Assembly (NCBI RefSeq): GCF_001447785.1
Contig: NW_015167069.1
Coordinates: forward strand, 1,226,036-1,290,035
Source of the DNA: Gekko japonicus
Taxonomy: Eukaryota
Direction of reading: 5' to 3'
DNA length: 64,000 nt
Shown here piece after piece: positions 59,919 to 64,000 of this stretch; the first letter of the stretch is position 1, and every line of letters starts with the position of its first letter. The position numbers and the translations under genes were made by a program. The notes under the pieces were generated by a model, which worked only from the letters and a program-made list of their open reading frames with translations, was not told the origin of the DNA and ran no database searches.

Positions 59919-62094
59919 TAGGGATGGACGCAAAACAGGAAAATGGAGGTTCATCCCAGTTTGTGGTTCGTGGGGTCTCACGAACCTTCCTGTTTACCAA
60001 ATGGGTTCATTTTGTGAGGTTTCCGATGCAGTAGAATGACCCTCCTGTGGGCTAGATATGGCATACTCACAGCAAATCTCCAGCTGACTCTCTTCTACCT
60101 TCACTTCAAGTTTGGTGATGATTGGATTTAGGGGGGGCAAATTACAGCCCCTAAAAGCAGGTGCCCCCAGGAAAGTGTTCTCTGGGAAAATCACAGCCAC
60201 ATGTTCAGGAGTCTGTTGAATGGACCCCCTGCAAGTTAGAGCCATCAAACTCACAGAGAACCTCCCCAGGATGTCCTTCTATCTGCCTTCCTAGTTTGGT
60301 GATGATTGGCCATGGGGCGAGTAGCAGCCTGCCAAAGCAGATGTCCCCAGGAAAGTGCTCTCTGGGGAAATCACAGGTTCAGGAGGAGTGTGTTGAATGT
60401 CCCCCCTGCAAGCTAGAGACATCTAACTTGTAGACCTTCCCTTTACCTCCCCTCCCAAGTTTGGTGAGGGTTGGTTGGGGGGAGTAAGCACTGCCCACCT
60501 CCTCATCGTAGACGTTGTTGCTGCAGATGGGCAATTCTTCTCCTTGGACCCGGGAGGTGGTCACCCACCTGCCTCAAGTGGTCTCTGGGGAAATCACAGC
60601 TGCAGATCCAGAGTGTGTTGAATGCCCCCCCACAAGCTAAAGGGGGGGGAGGTCTAGCACAGGAGCGGGTGGAAAGTTGGAAAACCAAGACAAGGGTCAG
60701 GCTTTGAGTGGGCAGCTGATGATGCCAAGCATGGCAGGTGAGTGTCCAGAGGTGCAGAAGTCGAGGATTCTAAAGTCCAAAGTGCAAGGGGGGGGGATGC
60801 TCCTAGGGCAAGAAGGGTGGTGGAAAGTTGGAAAACTGAGATGAGGGGCTGGCACAGCAAGGGTAGCTGATGATGTTAAGCTCAGTGGGGGAGGTGCCCA
60901 GAGACATGGAAGTTGAGGATCATAGGGTCCAAAGTGCAAAAGGGAGGATCTAACATGAGGTCTAGCATAGGAGAGGACAGAGCAAGGGCAGCTGATGATG
61001 TTAAGCCTGGCATGGGGGGGGGGTTTGCCCAAAGGCATTGAGGTTGAGGATCCTTGGGTCCAAAAGGCAAAAGGGAGACCCTGCAGGAGGCCTGGGGAGT
61101 GAAAAGCTGGAAAACCAAGATGAGGGGCAGGCAGAGCAAGGACGGCTGATGAAGTTAAGCCCATGGGGGTGTCCAGAGGTGTGGAAGTCAAGGATCCTAG
61201 GATCTAAATTGCAAAAGGAGGACTGGGGGGGTGAAAAACTGGAAAACCAGGATGAGGGGCAGACAGAGCAAGGGCAGCTGATGATATTAAGCCTGGCTGG
61301 GGGGGGTGTGCCCAGAGGTGCTGAAGTCAAAGGATCCTAGGGTCCAAAGTGCAACAGGGGTGATGTATCAGGAGGTCCAGCACAGGAGGGGGTGGAGAGT
61401 TGGAAAACCAAGATGAGGGGCAGGTACAGCAAGGGCAGCTGATGATGCTAAGCCAGGGGGGGCAGGGTCATGGAAGTCAAGGGTCCAAGGGTCCAAAGGG
61501 CAAAAGGGGGGAAAGAAACGTAGGGTTCAAAAATTCCACTGAGGGGGAATGTGAGTCCTCAGTCAAGGAACCCACTGGCTGAGCCCCGCTGCTCGGCTTG
61601 AGCAGAAGGACAGGTAACTCAGAGCCCTGAGTAAGCATCAATACCCCAAACACACTGCTTTCACATTGAAGAATGGCTTCCAGTTCCCTTTCCTCTCTGC
61701 CTCTGTCTCTCTGCTTAACTACCTGCTGCAAAGTAAAAACACCCATGTTGAGCTGGGGGTATATATCCATTCTGCTCCCATTGAGCAGAGTGGGAGCTCT
61801 CTTGTTGTTAGCCAGCACTGCCTGTCAAGCTTTGAAGGCCACTATTGGTGTTTCCAGGGCTGCAGAAGGGCTACTGAAGTCCATCCCCCACCCCCCACCC
61901 CGCTTTGACAATTAACTGATCAGCACCAGTGTGCCTGCCGCATAAACCTCCAACATGAACTGCACGAACCTCCATGAAAATTATAGAGGTTCATGGGAGG
62001 TTCATTGCAGACACAATTGCATGACCCTCAGCTCATGAACTGGGTGAATTTCATGATGAATTTAGGTTCATTACGAGGCTCATGCACGTCCCTA
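59919..62094. mobile_element. Non-autonomous hAT element (about 2.2 kb), same family as 6855-11540
   Basis: TIRs TAGGGATGGAC.. / ..GCACGTCCCTA and perfect 8-bp TSD TTTAGGAT (59911-59918, 62095-62102). It shares the ccaggaaagtg..gggaaa / ccaagtttggt blocks with 7000-7750. Confidence 0.88.
60040..61510. repeat. Two internal tandem arrays in the hAT element: ~3 units of ~180-200 bp (60040-60640) and 6 units of ~125-160 bp (60650-61510)
   Basis: The gctgat anchor recurs at 60715, 60866, 60991, 61145, 61277 and 61438; ctgggRaaatcacag recurs three times. Confidence 0.85.
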
Positions 62095-62384
62095 TTTAGG
62101 ATTGCACTATAATTGGGTCCATAACACATTGTTGTGACTCCCATCTTGTAAAAAGTTCAGGAAAGTTTCCATACCCCAAAATAATGGTTCAAAAGGTCAA
62201 TTTTACAAAGGATTAAGAACATGATAAAACAGAATTATTCAAAAGGGTACTTTTATGGGAAATCAGGTTGCAATTTCAATTGTCTGTGAATTGTCTATTC
62301 TGCTGCATTATTTATAGGATATATTATAATGTTATTCAATTCTTTTCTAATAGTATAATCAAATTTTATTGTATTGTTTATTTG

Positions 62385-62822
62385 TTTATTTATTCATTTA
62401 TTTAGAAAATTTGTATCCTACCTTTCTGCCCTTACAAAGGACACCAATGAGGCAAACAATTTAAAACATGTATGATAAAATCACATTTTAAAACCATTAA
62501 AATCACCTCCCCACACAGAGAGATCATTAAAACAATGTTTATAACATAGTTAAAATACATACAGAATATAGAAACAGCAATTACAGTACTGGTTAGTAAG
62601 GAGGGATCATTGAAGGAATGCCATTTTTTAAAAAAGAAAAAGTCTTCATCCACTGGTAGAAGATGGCAACAGAAGGGGACAGATGAATCTCCCTGGGGAG
62701 AACGTTCCAGAACTTTGGTGCCATGACCAAGAAGGCCATCTCATGGGTTGCCACCTGCCTAATCTCAGAATGTGGGAACACCTGAAGCAAGGCCTCTGAA
62801 GATGACCATAGTGGTCGGGCAA
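62385..62822 (-). mobile_element. L2-clade LINE 3' fragment
   Basis: AFLVMAPKFWNVLPREIHLSPSVAIFYQWMKTF and an (AATA)n-type tail at about 62385. Confidence 0.8.
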
Positions 62823-63294
62823 TTTCGTTGTTGCCTAATGGTGTAATAGGGTTTCATTCCCTTGTTTATTCTATGTATTATATTTCCTTCTGTGAAGGAT
62901 GGGGAAATTTATCAGTTTGGCTGGGATCAGAGCTGTGGATGAAGTTGCTGTGTGGGGCATTCTGAAGACTGGAGTGCTAAACATGAGGATGTCACTCAAG
63001 GCCAGTGAGCCAAGAAGTAGAATGGCAAAAAGAAGGTGGCCAGTAGAATGCAAGAATCTGAGAGTGTAGATGGAAGAGGGGGTACAGGGCTGAGGCTTGC
63101 ATTCTGGGTGGGGAAGAGACATGCTGTTCTTTTAAGTGTCATGTGGAAGAGAGATTTCTGCTGTCTCTGACTTCTGCCATGTCTCTAACATTGTGACCTG
63201 GATTTCACATATGAATGTGAACTGTTTAGCCAGTTCTTTGGCTGTGGGCTTCTAAAATCCCTTTGTTTCTTTGACTTCACTTAAGTTATGTAGT

Positions 63295-63390
63295 TTTAAA
63301 ACATTATTGAGAAAACTGGTATAAGATGTTTTACCGGTGGTGCGTCACTCCAAAAGATATTGAAAAGATGGATAAGAATTACAAGGGACC
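63295..63390 (+). mobile_element. Short L1 ORF2 C-terminal fragment
   Basis: ENWYKMFYRWCVTPKDIEKMDKNYKG resembles the squamate L1 segment that precedes the CWKC motif. Confidence 0.55.
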
Positions 63391-63745
63391 TTGTACAGTT
63401 CTGCAGGGCCTGCAAGATGGAGCTCTTCCACCAGACTTTCAACTAGGAACCGCCCTCCATTACTACCAACTATTACTATCAATAACACCTCTGGTGGGGG
63501 CTGGCCCTGTCGTGGGAGACTGGAATACTACTAGTGATCTTAGTATGTCATCTCATAGTACACTACCTTAATTTATGGATAGACTACCAAGACGAGCACT
63601 TTAAGTAATATTGTATGATTGTTTAACTGGTTTTAAATGTTTTAAATGTTTCATGCTAACCGGCTATATTATGCCGGGAAATGTGAGCCGCTCTGAGCCC
63701 ATCCATGGGGAGGGCAGGATATAAATATAACTAATAAATAAATAA
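63385..63745 (+). mobile_element. L2-clade LINE 3' fragment
   Basis: gcagggcctgcaagatggagctcttccacca shared with the 57295 copy; tgtgagccgctctgagcc...ataaat tail. Confidence 0.75.
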
Positions 63746-64000
63746 TATTTTTTTGTACTGCTTTTATAATTCTGTAATTCCTCTTGCGTCTCAGTGAGAA
63801 AAGCAGATGATAAATGAGGTAAATAAATTAATAAAACTTCTCGACTGGACTGAGCAATCCGGGATTGGTTGACAGTATCAATTAACTGGAAATCATTAGA
63901 AGAAGAGCAAAAAAATAATTATAAGGGTTTGTATTGCAAGATATGAAAACCCAAATGTGCATGAGTCAAAATTTGCTATGGCTCACCACATTTTGAGTCA

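Noticed and set aside
60650-61510. Regularly spaced repeats considered as a CRISPR-like array or higher-order dimer
   Set aside because: Whole units are homologous with no unique spacers, and the context is a vertebrate hAT. The short units result from different deletions, so there is no true higher-order repeat.

Overview
Vertebrate genomic DNA, almost certainly from a squamate and most likely a gecko, judged by Sauria/Squam1 and Squam3-type SINEs and gecko-type hAT MITEs. It comes from a gapped assembly with five N runs. The only host coding sequence I recognise is the terminal exon of the long isoform of LRRTM4 on the minus strand (CDS 18299-18520, splice acceptor at 18521, 3' UTR running to about 17190). 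On that reading, 18521-64000 is part of the large last intron and 1-17000 is downstream flank. The rest is mostly mobile DNA. There is a very young Mag-type Gypsy LTR retrotransposon (51505-56531, identical 353-bp LTRs, 5-bp TSD, intact pol) and an older related solo LTR. A decayed Ngaro-type tyrosine-recombinase retrotransposon carries an SGNH-hydrolase ORF. There is also a fish-like Rex1/Babar LINE 3' fragment with an open frame, the 5' end of a young L1, a fossil hAT transposon with a non-autonomous sibling, many hAT MITEs with 8-bp TSDs, L2 fragments, a Penelope remnant, a 5S-derived SINE, a fold-back element and microsatellites. No CRISPR or prokaryotic systems are present. The most unusual observations are the apparent shared hAT target in short palindromic repeats, the fold-back element and a box C/D snoRNA-like motif set. 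All family names come from recalled motifs, not from database searches.
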